From a virus (lineage: Duplodnaviria > Caudoviricetes), in IMG/VR virus record IMGVR_UViG_3300048998_000064, positions 1-43,784 of that record: 43,784 nucleotides of DNA. One strand, given 5' to 3'. Within the stretch, counting starts at the first letter, position 1, and every line of letters begins with the position of its first letter. The notes beneath the pieces are model-generated. The model searched no databases. It had not been told where the DNA came from and saw nothing but the letters and a program-made list of their open reading frames with translations. Shown here piece by piece: positions 24,443-34,040 of this stretch. Position numbers and translations under genes: made by a program.

Positions 24443-24960
24443 CCACCGCTCCGTTCTACGCCCTCCGCGTCACGCATGAAGCAAGGGCGGCTGAAGACCT
24501 GGCCCGCGAGGGGTTCGAGTGCTGGAGTTTCACCTTCAAGCGCTATCGTGCCGCCGCCCAATGGGAGCTGCGCAACGTCTCGGGTCGCACCCGTGTCGCT
24601 ATGCGCCAGGGCTCCGAATATCGGGCGCCGCTGTATCCCGGCTATGTGTTCGCCCGCATCCCCGCAGAACGCTTCTCGGAAGCCCTGGAGCTACCGCGCG
24701 TGTTCGGCGTGATCCGCGGCGCCGGCGACATGCCCAAGCCCATCCCGGACGGGCTGATCGACGAGATGGTCCACGAGGTGCTGACGTGTGCCCACGACGA
24801 ACAGGTGCCGCGCCCGCCCAAGAACTTCGGACCTGAAGGTCGGCGAATGGTCATCCCGAAGAACAAGGCGCGCTCACGGAAGCGGCGGAAGGGTGCGACG
24901 CAAAGGCTCAGGCGCTGGATAGAAGAGACCGATCATCAACATCTTGCGCGAGCGGCTTAG
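24439..24960 (+). CDS. NusG-family (NGN domain) late antiterminator
   Basis: FYALRV, PLYPGYVF and PKPIPD motifs; last gene before the packaging module. Confidence 0.8.
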   Translation: MTTAPFYALRVTHEARAAEDLAREGFECWSFTFKRYRAAAQWELRNVSGRTRVAMRQGSEYRAPLYPGYVFARIPAERFSEALELPRVFGVIRGAGDMPKPIPDGLIDEMVHEVLTCAHDEQVPRPPKNFGPEGRRMVIPKNKARSRKRRKGATQRLRRWIEETDHQHLARAA

Positions 24961-25142
24961 TTAGGGCACATTCCCTAGTGAGCCGAACCGCTGCACACCC
25001 CATGGGCAGATGCCGGGTCGGTCGCAGCGGTCGCGGGCTAGGCCTACGACGACCGCCAGTGCGTAAGCCATGTCTTATAGTTCGCACCTAGTCGAACACC
25101 TCACCGTCCAGTATCCACCGTGTAGCGCAGTGAGCGTGGATC

Positions 25143-25430
25143 ATGCGCGATCAGGCCCCGAACAGGCGCATTGGCGGCCGACCTGGCGCCCGACTCCGTG
25201 TCCGCCGCCTCGCTGCCGAGCCCCTATGCCGTGACTGCCTAGCCGAGGGCAGGGTGACCGCAGCCAACGAGGTCGACCACATCAAGCCCCTAAGCCAAGG
25301 CGGCACCGACACAGACGACAACGTCCGCTCCCTTTGCACTGAGCACCATAAGGTCAGGACCGCAGAGCAGTTCGGACGCCAGCCCTATCGGCCCAACCGA
25401 GGCGTAGGCGCAGACGGATGGCCCCTCTAA
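25143..25430 (+). CDS. HNH endonuclease (packaging-associated)
   Basis: EPLCRDC...VDHIKPLSQGG...NVRSLCTEHH. Confidence 0.9.
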   Translation: MRDQAPNRRIGGRPGARLRVRRLAAEPLCRDCLAEGRVTAANEVDHIKPLSQGGTDTDDNVRSLCTEHHKVRTAEQFGRQPYRPNRGVGADGWPL

Positions 25431-25595
25431 GCCTCGACTGAACATTAAAAGCGACAGATGCGAACCGATATCGCTTGATTTCCAACAGGTGGAACGCCCG
25501 GGGGCGGGCCAAAAGTCTGGGGGGTTTTCGAGCGGAGACCGGCCCCAAGTTTTTCGCGCGACGCCGCAAGTTTTGAAACCCTTCAGAGGTGGACC

Positions 25596-26066
25596 ATGGG
25601 CACTCGCGGCCCCCGGCCTGAGTTGCCCGAACTCAAGAGCCTGAAGGGCAATCCGGGAAAGCGGAAGATCGAGCCCGCCGGCGTTGTCGCGCTGGGCGAG
25701 CCGTTCACCGCGGATCACCTGCATTCTGACGCCAAGGCGTGCGTCGAGTTGATCCGCCAAGTCATGCCGCCTGGCATCTATCGCCGGGCCGACAGCCTGA
25801 TCCTCGCGAGTTTTGCGACGGCCTGGGCGCTTCACAAGAAGGCGGTCGAACAGCTGCGGGCCACTGGCGAGTACGTCATCGAGGGCGCGCGGGGACCGCA
25901 ACCAGGGCCATGGGTCAAGATTCTCAACGATCAGGCCAAGCTGATGGCCTCGCTCGGCGATCGGCTGGGGCTGGACCCCAAGTCGCGGGCCGGGCTGAAG
26001 CTGCCGGACGAAAAGCCCAAGTCCAAGTTCGACGGACTGGTGGGCGGCGCCTCAAAGGCCCACTGA
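25596..26066 (+). CDS. terS: Terminase small subunit (P27 family)
   Basis: RGPRP...LKGNPGKR and LGLDPKSR motifs. Confidence 0.9.
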   Translation: MGTRGPRPELPELKSLKGNPGKRKIEPAGVVALGEPFTADHLHSDAKACVELIRQVMPPGIYRRADSLILASFATAWALHKKAVEQLRATGEYVIEGARGPQPGPWVKILNDQAKLMASLGDRLGLDPKSRAGLKLPDEKPKSKFDGLVGGASKAH

Positions 26067-27616
26067 ACCAGGAGCGCGCTGACCGCGTCATTGCGTTCAT
26101 CGCATGCCTCACGGTTCCGAGCGGCGAGGGGCAGGGCGGCCCCTTCACCCTTCGGGAGTGGCAGCGCGAGTTCATCAGGGCGATCTACTCGCCGGCCCAT
26201 GCCAACGGGCGCCGGAAGGTCCGCCGGGCGATCCTTTCCATCGCTCGGAAGAACGGCAAGACAGCCCTGATCGCGGCCATGGTCCTCGCGCACCTAGTCG
26301 GACCGGAAGCCGAGACGAACGGTGAAATCTACTCCGCGGCGAACGACCGCGAGCAGGCCGCGCAGGTCTTCAAAGTCGCCCGGCAGATTGTCGAGGCAGA
26401 CCCCGAACTGGCCTCGCTGGTCCTGGTCGTCCCATCGACCAAGACGCTGGTCTGCAAGTCGAACGGAAGCCTCTACCGCGCCCTGTCCGCCGAGGCCGGC
26501 ACGAAGCACGGCTACAACCCGACCGTCGTGATCTACGACGAGCTGGCCCAAGCCCGGAATCGCGATCTCTACGACGTCCTGGACACCTCCATGGGCGCCC
26601 GCGCCGAGCCCCTCTTCGTCACGATCTCGACCCAGAGCAACGACCCCGAACACATCCTCTCCAAGCTGATCGACGACGGGATCGACAGTCAGGACGAGAC
26701 GACCGTCTGCCACCTCTACGAGGCCCCGGAAGACTGCGACCTGTTGGACGAGAAGGCCTGGCGAGCGGCGAACCCCGCGCTCGGCGACTTCCGGTCCTAC
26801 GAAGACCTCGCGGTTCTGGCCCGCAAGGCGAAACGGATGCCGGCCGAGGAGCCGAAGTTCCGCAACCTGTACCTGAACCAGCGTGTCTCCCCGAGCGCGA
26901 CCCTGATCGCCAAGGCCGACTGGATTGCCTGCCAAGGCGACGCACAATGGGAAGACGGCGAGGAAGTCTATCTCGCGCTCGACCTCTCTGCGAAGACCGA
27001 CCTGACCGCCCTGGTGGGCGTCAGCGCGAAAGACGGAAGCCGCGTCCAGGCGTGGTTCTGGAAGCCGGCGGACATGCTGGACGACCACGAGCGCCGCGAC
27101 CGCGTGCCGTATCGTCTCTGGTCGGCGGACTACATCGAGGCCGTGGAAGGTCGGAGCATTCACCCGCGGGCGGTGGCCCAACGGATCGCCGAAATCTATG
27201 CGAAGTTCACCGTCCTGGGTTTGGCCTACGACCGCTGGGGCATCGACAACCTCCTGCGCGAGTTCGACGGCGTCGGGCTGCAGGCGCACAAGGACGGCGA
27301 GGAAGGGGATGGGCTTCGGCTGATCCCGTGGGGTCAGGGCTTCAAGGACATGAGCCCGGCGATCGACGCGCTGGAAACAGCGGTCCTGCACGGCGAGCTG
27401 ATCCACCCCGGAAATCCGGTGCTGACGTGGAACGTCGCCAACGCGATTGCGACGATGGACCCGGCCGGCGGTCGAAAGCTCGACAAGGCCAAGGCCCGGT
27501 TCCGCATCGACGGCGCGGTAGCCCTGGCGATGGCCGAGGGGCTGAAGGCGCGAGAGCGCACGGGGGAGGACCCAGCAATGGATGACTACCTCCGCAGCCT
27601 GGCGGCCTATGCATGA
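26063..27616 (+). CDS. terL: Terminase large subunit (start uncertain, possibly CTG at 26063)
   Basis: ARKNGKT Walker A, YDE Walker B, LDLS and RIDG nuclease motifs. Confidence 0.92.
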   Translation: MNQERADRVIAFIACLTVPSGEGQGGPFTLREWQREFIRAIYSPAHANGRRKVRRAILSIARKNGKTALIAAMVLAHLVGPEAETNGEIYSAANDREQAAQVFKVARQIVEADPELASLVLVVPSTKTLVCKSNGSLYRALSAEAGTKHGYNPTVVIYDELAQARNRDLYDVLDTSMGARAEPLFVTISTQSNDPEHILSKLIDDGIDSQDETTVCHLYEAPEDCDLLDEKAWRAANPALGDFRSYEDLAVLARKAKRMPAEEPKFRNLYLNQRVSPSATLIAKADWIACQGDAQWEDGEEVYLALDLSAKTDLTALVGVSAKDGSRVQAWFWKPADMLDDHERRDRVPYRLWSADYIEAVEGRSIHPRAVAQRIAEIYAKFTVLGLAYDRWGIDNLLREFDGVGLQAHKDGEEGDGLRLIPWGQGFKDMSPAIDALETAVLHGELIHPGNPVLTWNVANAIATMDPAGGRKLDKAKARFRIDGAVALAMAEGLKARERTGEDPAMDDYLRSLAAYA

Positions 27617-28851
27617 ACTGGTTTCAGAAGGCGGTTCAATGGGTCCGGGTGCTCTCGATCCGCGAGCCGGAGCACTGGCGCCACGTCAGCAACACCGCGG
27701 CCTCTGGTGAGGCCGTCAATGACCGCACGGTCCTGTCGCTCTCTGCTGCCTGGGCGTGCGTGAACCTGCTGGCGGGGACAATCGCGTCCCTGCCGCTGAT
27801 GGTCTATCGGACGGATCGGAGCGGAAACCGGACCGTCGCCAAGGACCACCCGCTCTACCGGGTCCTGCACGACAGCCCGAACGCCGACCAGACCGCGTTG
27901 GATTTCTGGGAGTTCGGCTGCGCTGCGATTGAGTTGCGCGGCAACATGCACGCCCGCATCGACCGGACGGGTTCGAAGGTTGTGGCCCTCACCCCGATCG
28001 GTTGCGTGGTCGAAGCCTACCGCCGGACAGACGGATCAATCGGCTACCGCTGGACGGAAGATGGCAAGAGCTACGACGTCGGGCAGGATCAAGTCTTCCA
28101 TGTCCGCGGCTTTGGCGGATCCCCCCTTGGCGGGCTTTCGACCCTCTCATTCGGACGAAACGTCTTCGGCCTGGCGACGGCGATCGACAAGGCGGCCGGG
28201 GCGACCTTCGCCAACGGGTTGCGCCCCTCGGGCGTGCTGACCTTTCCTACGGTTCTAAAGGACGATCAGCGAGAAAAGACCGAGCGCGGCATTCAGAACA
28301 AGTTCATGGGCGCCATGAACGCTGGGCGCCCGATGGTCCTTGAAGCCGGGGTGACCTGGCAGCAGCTCACGATCAACCCCGAAGACGCGCAGATGCTGGA
28401 GTCGCGGGGCTTCTCGGTCGAGGAGGTCTGCCGGTTCTTCGGGGTCCCGCCCTTCATGGTTGGCCATACCGAGAAGACCACAAGCTGGGGGACGGGCCTG
28501 TCCGAACAGGTTCTGGGCTTCCAGAAGTTCACCCTGCGCCGGCGCCTAAAGCGCATCGAACAGGCCATCGAAAAGCAGCTCCTGACGCCCCAGGACCGGG
28601 CGGAGGGCGTGACCGTCGAGTTCAACCTTGAAGGCCTGCTGCGCGGAGACAGCGCTGCCCGAGCGGCCTTTTACACTGCCGGCCTGACGAACGGCTGGAT
28701 GACGATCAATGAAGTGCGGGGGCTTGAGAACATGCCTCCGGTCCCCGGTGGGGAGGTCCCGCGCATGCAGATGCAGAACGTCCCCATCACTCAGGCCAGC
28801 GCCCTTCCGGCGCTGCCGTCCCCTGCCGCCACTCCGGCGAACGCCGCCTAG
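27613..28851 (+). CDS. Portal protein, HK97 family
   Basis: AWACVNLLA, RGN, FFGVPP and MTINEVR motifs. Confidence 0.95.
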   Translation: MNWFQKAVQWVRVLSIREPEHWRHVSNTAASGEAVNDRTVLSLSAAWACVNLLAGTIASLPLMVYRTDRSGNRTVAKDHPLYRVLHDSPNADQTALDFWEFGCAAIELRGNMHARIDRTGSKVVALTPIGCVVEAYRRTDGSIGYRWTEDGKSYDVGQDQVFHVRGFGGSPLGGLSTLSFGRNVFGLATAIDKAAGATFANGLRPSGVLTFPTVLKDDQREKTERGIQNKFMGAMNAGRPMVLEAGVTWQQLTINPEDAQMLESRGFSVEEVCRFFGVPPFMVGHTEKTTSWGTGLSEQVLGFQKFTLRRRLKRIEQAIEKQLLTPQDRAEGVTVEFNLEGLLRGDSAARAAFYTAGLTNGWMTINEVRGLENMPPVPGGEVPRMQMQNVPITQASALPALPSPAATPANAA

Positions 28852-28861
28852 GAGGCGCACC

Positions 28862-29536
28862 ATGCTGAAGTTCAAGAGCGCTACGACTCTGGCGGTGAAA
28901 GCCTGCGGCATCCCGCTGGAGATCAAGGCCGTCGCAGAGGACGGCACGATCGAAGGCTACGGCAGCGTGTTCGGCGTCGTCGACAGCTACGGCGAAGAGG
29001 TCATGCCAGGCGCGTTCATCGGCTCTGTCCGCAAGCGCAAGGCGTCCGGCGTTCGGATGCTCTGGCAGCACAACACCGACCAGCCGATCGGGATCTGGAG
29101 CGACCTGTCCGAGGACAGCAAGGGCCTCTACGTCAAGGGCCAGCTTCTGAAGGACGTCAGCCCCCAGGCGAACGAGGCCTATGGCCTGCTGAAGGCCGGC
29201 GCCATCGACGGGCTGTCCATCGGCTACCGCGAACTGAAGACCGAGCCGCACCCCGGCAAGCCGGGCGTGGTGGCCCTGCAGGAGCTGGACCTGCGCGAGA
29301 TCAGCGTCGTGACCTTCGCCGCCAATGAGAAGGCGCGGGTCGACGTCGTGAAGTCATGGATCAACGGCGGCGAACTGCCGACCGTCCGACAATTCGAGGA
29401 ACACCTGAGGGAGTCCGGGTTCCCGAGAAGCCTTGCCGCGGCGATCGCGGGCAAGGCAGCGCCGCACCTTCGGGGGGATCCCGAGGACCAGGCCGAAGAC
29501 GTTGCCGCGTTCCTGCAAGCCCTGCGGGCCGGCTGA
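28862..29536 (+). CDS. Prohead maturation protease, HK97 family
   Basis: IEGYGSVF, LWQH, GLSIGY and EISVVTFAAN; AGGAGG RBS. Confidence 0.93.
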   Translation: MLKFKSATTLAVKACGIPLEIKAVAEDGTIEGYGSVFGVVDSYGEEVMPGAFIGSVRKRKASGVRMLWQHNTDQPIGIWSDLSEDSKGLYVKGQLLKDVSPQANEAYGLLKAGAIDGLSIGYRELKTEPHPGKPGVVALQELDLREISVVTFAANEKARVDVVKSWINGGELPTVRQFEEHLRESGFPRSLAAAIAGKAAPHLRGDPEDQAEDVAAFLQALRAG

Positions 29537-29565
29537 ACCCCACCCCTCAATCTATGAGACCTGAC

Positions 29566-30870
29566 ATGAAGACGAAGACCCTGCTGGGTTCCTCCAGCAT
29601 CCTGGGGGCAATGACCCCTGCCGAGCGCGCCATGGGCCGCTATATGCGCGATGGCTCTGGCCACCCGCCGGTCAAGACCGCCGTCGAGATGGCGGAAGAA
29701 ATCAAGGCCGACCACAAGAAGGCCTGGGACACCGTCAAGGAGATCGCCGAGAAGGCCATCGCCGAGGCGCAGGCCTCTGGGAAGATCTCTGGCGAGGTCA
29801 AGGAAAAGGCGGACGAAGCCCTGCTGAAGATGAACGGCTTGGCCGAACAGCTGGCCGAGGTCGAGCAGAAGCTGGCCCGGAAGAACGACGCGGGCGCCGA
29901 CCGCCCGAAGACCATGGGCGAGCAGTTCGTCGAGAACGAGAAGGTGAAGGCCTTCCTCGATCAGGCGCAGCCCCGCGGCCGCGTGGACTTCCAGACCAAG
30001 GCCACCCTGACCTCGGCGACCACCGCGGCGGCCGGCTCTGTCGGCGATGCGATCTTCCCGACGATCCAGCCCGGCATTCTGCCGCTGGCTCAGCGCCGCA
30101 TGACTGTTCGCGATCTGCTGTCGCAGGGTCAGATGGACGGAAACGCCCTGGAGTACGTCAAGGAGACGGGCTTCACGAACAACGCCGGCATGGTGGCGGA
30201 AGGCGGCGCCAAACCGCAATCCGACATCCAGCTCGACCTGATCACCACCACGGCCAAGGTCATCGCCCACTACATGAAGGCGAGCCGGCAGGTCCTGGAT
30301 GATGTTTCCCAGCTGCGTTCGACCATCGACCAGCGCCTGCTCTACGGCCTTGCCTACAAGGAAGAGACCCAGCTTCTGAACGGCGACGGCACCGGCCAGA
30401 ACCTGCTCGGCATCATCCCGCAGGCCACGGCCTACGCCGCGCCAATCAGTCTGGCTGACGCCACAATGATCGACGTGATGCGGCTCGCCATGCTGCAGGC
30501 GGCCCTCGCCGAATATCCGGCGACCGGCCACGTCATGAACCCGATCGATTGGGCCTACATCGAGACGCAGAAGGACTCGCTCGGTCGCTACCTGATCGGC
30601 AACCCGCAAGGCACCACGGCGCCCACGCTCTGGAACCTGCCGGTAGTCACCACGCAATCGATGACGGTCCGCAAGTTCCTCACCGGCGCGTTCAAGCTCG
30701 GCGCCCAGGTGTTCGATCGCTGGCAGGCCCGTGTCGAGATCGCGACTGAGAACGAGGACGACTTCATCAAGAACCTCGTCACGATCCTCGCCGAGGAGCG
30801 GCTGGCCCTGGCCGTCTATCGCCCCGAGGCCTTCATCTACGGCGACTTCGACGCGGCGCTCTCCTCCTAG
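29566..30870 (+). CDS. Major capsid protein, HK97 fold with delta domain
   Basis: Coiled-coil N-terminus; VAEGGAKP, LLNGDGTG and AEERLALAVYRPEAF motifs. Confidence 0.95.
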   Translation: MKTKTLLGSSSILGAMTPAERAMGRYMRDGSGHPPVKTAVEMAEEIKADHKKAWDTVKEIAEKAIAEAQASGKISGEVKEKADEALLKMNGLAEQLAEVEQKLARKNDAGADRPKTMGEQFVENEKVKAFLDQAQPRGRVDFQTKATLTSATTAAAGSVGDAIFPTIQPGILPLAQRRMTVRDLLSQGQMDGNALEYVKETGFTNNAGMVAEGGAKPQSDIQLDLITTTAKVIAHYMKASRQVLDDVSQLRSTIDQRLLYGLAYKEETQLLNGDGTGQNLLGIIPQATAYAAPISLADATMIDVMRLAMLQAALAEYPATGHVMNPIDWAYIETQKDSLGRYLIGNPQGTTAPTLWNLPVVTTQSMTVRKFLTGAFKLGAQVFDRWQARVEIATENEDDFIKNLVTILAEERLALAVYRPEAFIYGDFDAALSS

Positions 30871-30888
30871 TCCTCCCGGCCAACCGCG

Positions 30889-30913
30889 GCGGCGGTCTTC
30901 GTGATCGCCGCCG
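30889..30913 (+). terminator. Hairpin after the capsid gene (possible terminator or mRNA stabiliser)
   Basis: GC-rich stem GGCGGCGGTC/GATCGCCGCC with TTCG-containing loop; weak U tract. Confidence 0.4.
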
Positions 30914-30931
30914 GCTTCCTGGAAGAACCCC

Positions 30932-31147
30932 ATGACCAAGAAGACCTATCGCGTCGTCCGCGCGCATGAGGGCGATCGTCCCTACGCCGAAGGCGACACG
31001 CGCGAAGCCACTGCGGCCGAGGTCAAACACCTCGTCCCGCACGTGCTGGAACCCATCGAACCGGAAGAGAAGGCCGAGGCCGATCTTTCGAACAAGGCCG
31101 AGCCGCCGATGGCGAACAAGGCCGATAACGCGCGATCCGGCAAGTAG
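30932..31147 (+). CDS. Small head-associated hypothetical protein
   Basis: Directly follows the MCP. Confidence 0.65.
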   Translation: MTKKTYRVVRAHEGDRPYAEGDTREATAAEVKHLVPHVLEPIEPEEKAEADLSNKAEPPMANKADNARSGK

Positions 31148-31193
31148 CCCATCGCCCCCTTAGGCGCTGCGGCGCCGCCCCAAGGAGATCGAC

Positions 31194-31565
31194 ATGCGTC
31201 GCTTCAAGCTTTCCGTGACCACGGCTGCCGACGGCAGCGCCACGGCCTACACTCCCCGGGTGTCGGGCAAGATCAACAGCCTGACCTACGTGCCCGACGG
31301 CTCGAACGCCTACGCCACGACCGTGGACATGACGATCACGTCCGAAGCCACTGGCGAGGCGATCGTCTCGCGCACCGACGTGTCGGCCGGCTTCACCACT
31401 TATCCGCGGTCCAACACGGCGTCGGCCGGCGGCGTGGCATCGCTGTTCGCCGCCTCCGGCACCGCCGTGCAGGACAAGATCGCGCTCGGCAACGACCGTG
31501 TGAAGATCGTTCTGGCCCAAGGCGGCAACGCCAAGGTCGGCGTGTTCCACATCCTGATCGAGTAG
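31194..31565 (+). CDS. Putative virion structural protein (beta-rich)
   Basis: AAGGAG RBS; Thr/Ala/Ser-rich. Confidence 0.65.
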   Translation: MRRFKLSVTTAADGSATAYTPRVSGKINSLTYVPDGSNAYATTVDMTITSEATGEAIVSRTDVSAGFTTYPRSNTASAGGVASLFAASGTAVQDKIALGNDRVKIVLAQGGNAKVGVFHILIE

Positions 31566-31567
31566 CC

Positions 31568-32140
31568 GTGTCCGTAGTCGTCATCACGCCTCCAGAACCC
31601 TTCGTGGAGCTGGACACGGCCAAGGCGCATCTGCGCGTGGAGACGGCGGCGGATGACGACCTGATCGAGGCGTATATCGCCGCGGCCTGTGGGCACATCG
31701 ACGGGCCTGGCGGCTGGCTGGATCGGGCGATCGCAGAACAGACCTTGGAGCTGCGGACCTGCAGCCCTTGGGGCACGCGCTGCGATCGGCTGAGCCTGCC
31801 TTACCCGCCCGTGATCGCTGTCGCGTCCGTCGTCTATGACGATCTCGACAGCGCCGAGCAGACGTTCGATCCGGCTGGCTACCGCGTGACTAGCCTAGGC
31901 GAGATCGAGGTGCTCAGCGGCATCCCGTGGCCGAGCACACGGCTGGGCAGCGACAATCTGCGGATCCGCTACAGCGCTGGATGCGCCACCATCCCCCCCG
32001 CCATCACGGCAGCCGTTCTGCTGATGGTGGGCGACCTGTACGCCAACCGTGAGACCAGCGGTGTCGGCACGCTTTCCGAAATCCCCATGAGCACGACCGT
32101 GAAGGCGCTCCTCGCGCCCTGGCGAGTCTGGAACGTCTAG
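31568..32140 (+). CDS. Head-tail connector (gp6-like)
   Basis: AKAHLRV...DDDLI and AVLLMVGDLYANRE motifs. Confidence 0.88.
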   Translation: MSVVVITPPEPFVELDTAKAHLRVETAADDDLIEAYIAAACGHIDGPGGWLDRAIAEQTLELRTCSPWGTRCDRLSLPYPPVIAVASVVYDDLDSAEQTFDPAGYRVTSLGEIEVLSGIPWPSTRLGSDNLRIRYSAGCATIPPAITAAVLLMVGDLYANRETSGVGTLSEIPMSTTVKALLAPWRVWNV

Positions 32141-32149
32141 GAGCCTCCA

Positions 32150-32560
32150 ATGGCCGATCTGACCGTAACCCCGGCAAACGTTGTTCCGGGTTCGAATGCT
32201 TCCACCATGCAGGGCACGGCTGGCGAGACGATCACCGCCGGCAAGGCGGTCTATCTCAGCCCGACCACGAAGAAGTGGATGCTGGCGGACAGCGATTCCG
32301 TGACGACCGCCGCGCGTGACGCCGTGGCCGTTGCGCTCACCGGCTCCTCGCTCAATCAGCCCATCGTTGTGCAGAAGGGCGGCGACGTGAACCCTGGCGC
32401 CACGATGATCGCGGGAGTGTCCTACTATGTCAGCAACACCGCCGGCGGCATCTGCCCCGACGCGGACGTGGGCACAGGCGAAGAGGTCGTTCTGGTCGGC
32501 ATCGCCACGACCACCACGAACCTGGCCCTGCAATTCAAGTCCAGCGGCGTCGTTCGCTAG
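32150..32560 (+). CDS. Putative capsid decoration/cement protein
   Basis: AGETITAGKAVY...YYVS..AG pattern; AGGAG RBS. Confidence 0.55.
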   Translation: MADLTVTPANVVPGSNASTMQGTAGETITAGKAVYLSPTTKKWMLADSDSVTTAARDAVAVALTGSSLNQPIVVQKGGDVNPGATMIAGVSYYVSNTAGGICPDADVGTGEEVVLVGIATTTTNLALQFKSSGVVR

Positions 32561-32565
32561 GCCCC

Positions 32566-32739
32566 ATGTGGGTTCGGTTTCTCCGCGATTTCATCTGCGT
32601 GCCGGAGGACCGCCGAACCTCCTTCGGCTTCAAGGCCGGCTACAAGGGCAACGTCCGCCGCATCTGCGCCGACAAGGCGATTGCGGCCGGCGCGGCCGAG
32701 CCCGTGAACACACCGCCACGAGGTGACCATGCCCGGTAG
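32566..32739 (+). CDS. Small hypothetical protein (57 aa, MWVRFLRDF...)
   Basis: Read manually; fills the gap before the head-closure gene. Confidence 0.55.
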   Translation: MWVRFLRDFICVPEDRRTSFGFKAGYKGNVRRICADKAIAAGAAEPVNTPPRGDHAR

Positions 32740-33082
32740 TGGTGCTCTTGACCGCCGCGTGGTCTTCCAACAGCGGGCCGTCGACGACAACGGTGACCGC
32801 CTGGGCGATTGGGAAGACGCCTTGCCGCGCTGGTGCCAGATCACCTGGCTTAGGGGCGGGGAGGGCGTTCTGGACGGACGGCTGGCCGGAAACGCGCCGG
32901 CTATCCTGACGGTGCGGGATGACCCCGAGACGCGGCGGCTGAACAACGCCTGGCGCGCCCGAACCGAAAGCGGCATCGCGGCGACGTTCGATATCAAGGG
33001 GCCGGGCACGCCGTCGAAGGACGCCGGGTTCATCGATCTCCTAGCGACCGCTGGGGCCGAGCTGAGGGGTGCGGATGAGTAG
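32729..33082 (+). CDS. Head-tail adaptor / head closure protein
   Basis: GALDRRVVFQ...DDNG motif; position. Confidence 0.8.
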   Translation: MPGSGALDRRVVFQQRAVDDNGDRLGDWEDALPRWCQITWLRGGEGVLDGRLAGNAPAILTVRDDPETRRLNNAWRARTESGIAATFDIKGPGTPSKDAGFIDLLATAGAELRGADE

Positions 33083-33512
33083 CCCGGCCTCTGCCTTCAA
33101 CGCCGCCGAGGAAGCCGCCCTGCGCGCCTCCACGGCCCTGCGAACCGCCATGGGCGGGGCGATCAGGATCTATCACGAGGTCCCGACGAACGCGCCGCTT
33201 CCGTATGTGGTCCTGGGTCAGCACGAAATCGACCCGGTGCTTGATGGAGACGATAGCTGTGGCGAGGCCTGGGCGGTTGTCTCCACGGTGAATTGGTGGG
33301 CCGCGCTCACCGGGTCTGTGAAGGGCTCCGAGACGGCCCGCGCCATGGGAGCGGCAATCTATCAAGCTCTGCGGCCTGGCCTGACGGTGGCTGGTTTCGC
33401 GACCGTCCTGACCGCGGTGGAAACGCCAGAGCGCTACTCCACCGACGCTGATCTTTCGACACACGGCCTCCTGGCCCTGCGTCACGAGTTGACGGCCCTA
33501 GAGCCCGTCTAG
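33075..33512 (+). CDS. Tail terminator (DUF3168-like)
   Basis: IYHEVP...PYVVLG motif; precedes the major tail protein. Confidence 0.75.
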   Translation: MSSPASAFNAAEEAALRASTALRTAMGGAIRIYHEVPTNAPLPYVVLGQHEIDPVLDGDDSCGEAWAVVSTVNWWAALTGSVKGSETARAMGAAIYQALRPGLTVAGFATVLTAVETPERYSTDADLSTHGLLALRHELTALEPV

Positions 33513-33587
33513 CCCACCCGCCGGCATAGGCACCCGGCACCATCGGCCCGTCGAGATGACGCGCCCGTCCCCAGAAGGAGCCTGCCA

Positions 33588-34040
33588 ATGGCGGCTGTCA
33601 AAAACGCCAAGGGCGTTAAGCTGTTGCTCAAGGTGGGCGATGGCGGATCCCCGACTGAGAATTTCGCCACGTACTGCTCGGTCAATGCGGCCCGTGGGAT
33701 CACGTTTACGGCCGCGGCCAACGAGATCAACATCCCGGATTGCGCCGACCCGGAAAAGATCGCCTGGCTTGCCCGCGAGAAGTCCAGCCTGTCGGTGGGC
33801 GTCACCGGCGCCGGGATGCTCAACACCCCCGACCTGGGCGCGTTCTACGACTGGCTGACCAGCGAGGACTCGCGGAACGTCCAGATGGTGGTGGACGTGC
33901 CCGGTGCGGATGGCGGCGTCACCTTTAGCGGCGCCTTCCATCTCACCGAGTTCGCGGTGACCGGCGACGTCGGCAACCGGATCCAGGTCAGCATCACGCT
34001 GGCGTCGGATGGCGAGGTCGTGAAGGGCGTTAACTCGTAG
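33588..34040 (+). CDS. Major tail tube protein (GTA/TP901-1-like)
   Basis: GVKLLLKVGDG, VTGAG, FSGAF and LASDG motifs; AAGGAG RBS. Confidence 0.88.
   Translation: MAAVKNAKGVKLLLKVGDGGSPTENFATYCSVNAARGITFTAAANEINIPDCADPEKIAWLAREKSSLSVGVTGAGMLNTPDLGAFYDWLTSEDSRNVQMVVDVPGADGGVTFSGAFHLTEFAVTGDVGNRIQVSITLASDGEVVKGVNS

Noticed and set aside
25080-25094. Third LexA box (GTTC-N7-GTCG) upstream of HNH
   Set aside because: Two mismatches in the second half-site, and an unlikely position inside the late leader
29224-30939. Long antisense ORFs (this 571-aa one; also 18818-20158, 26294-27406, 6884-8047)
   Set aside because: Shadow frames of real high-GC genes on the opposite strand, with no recognisable motifs
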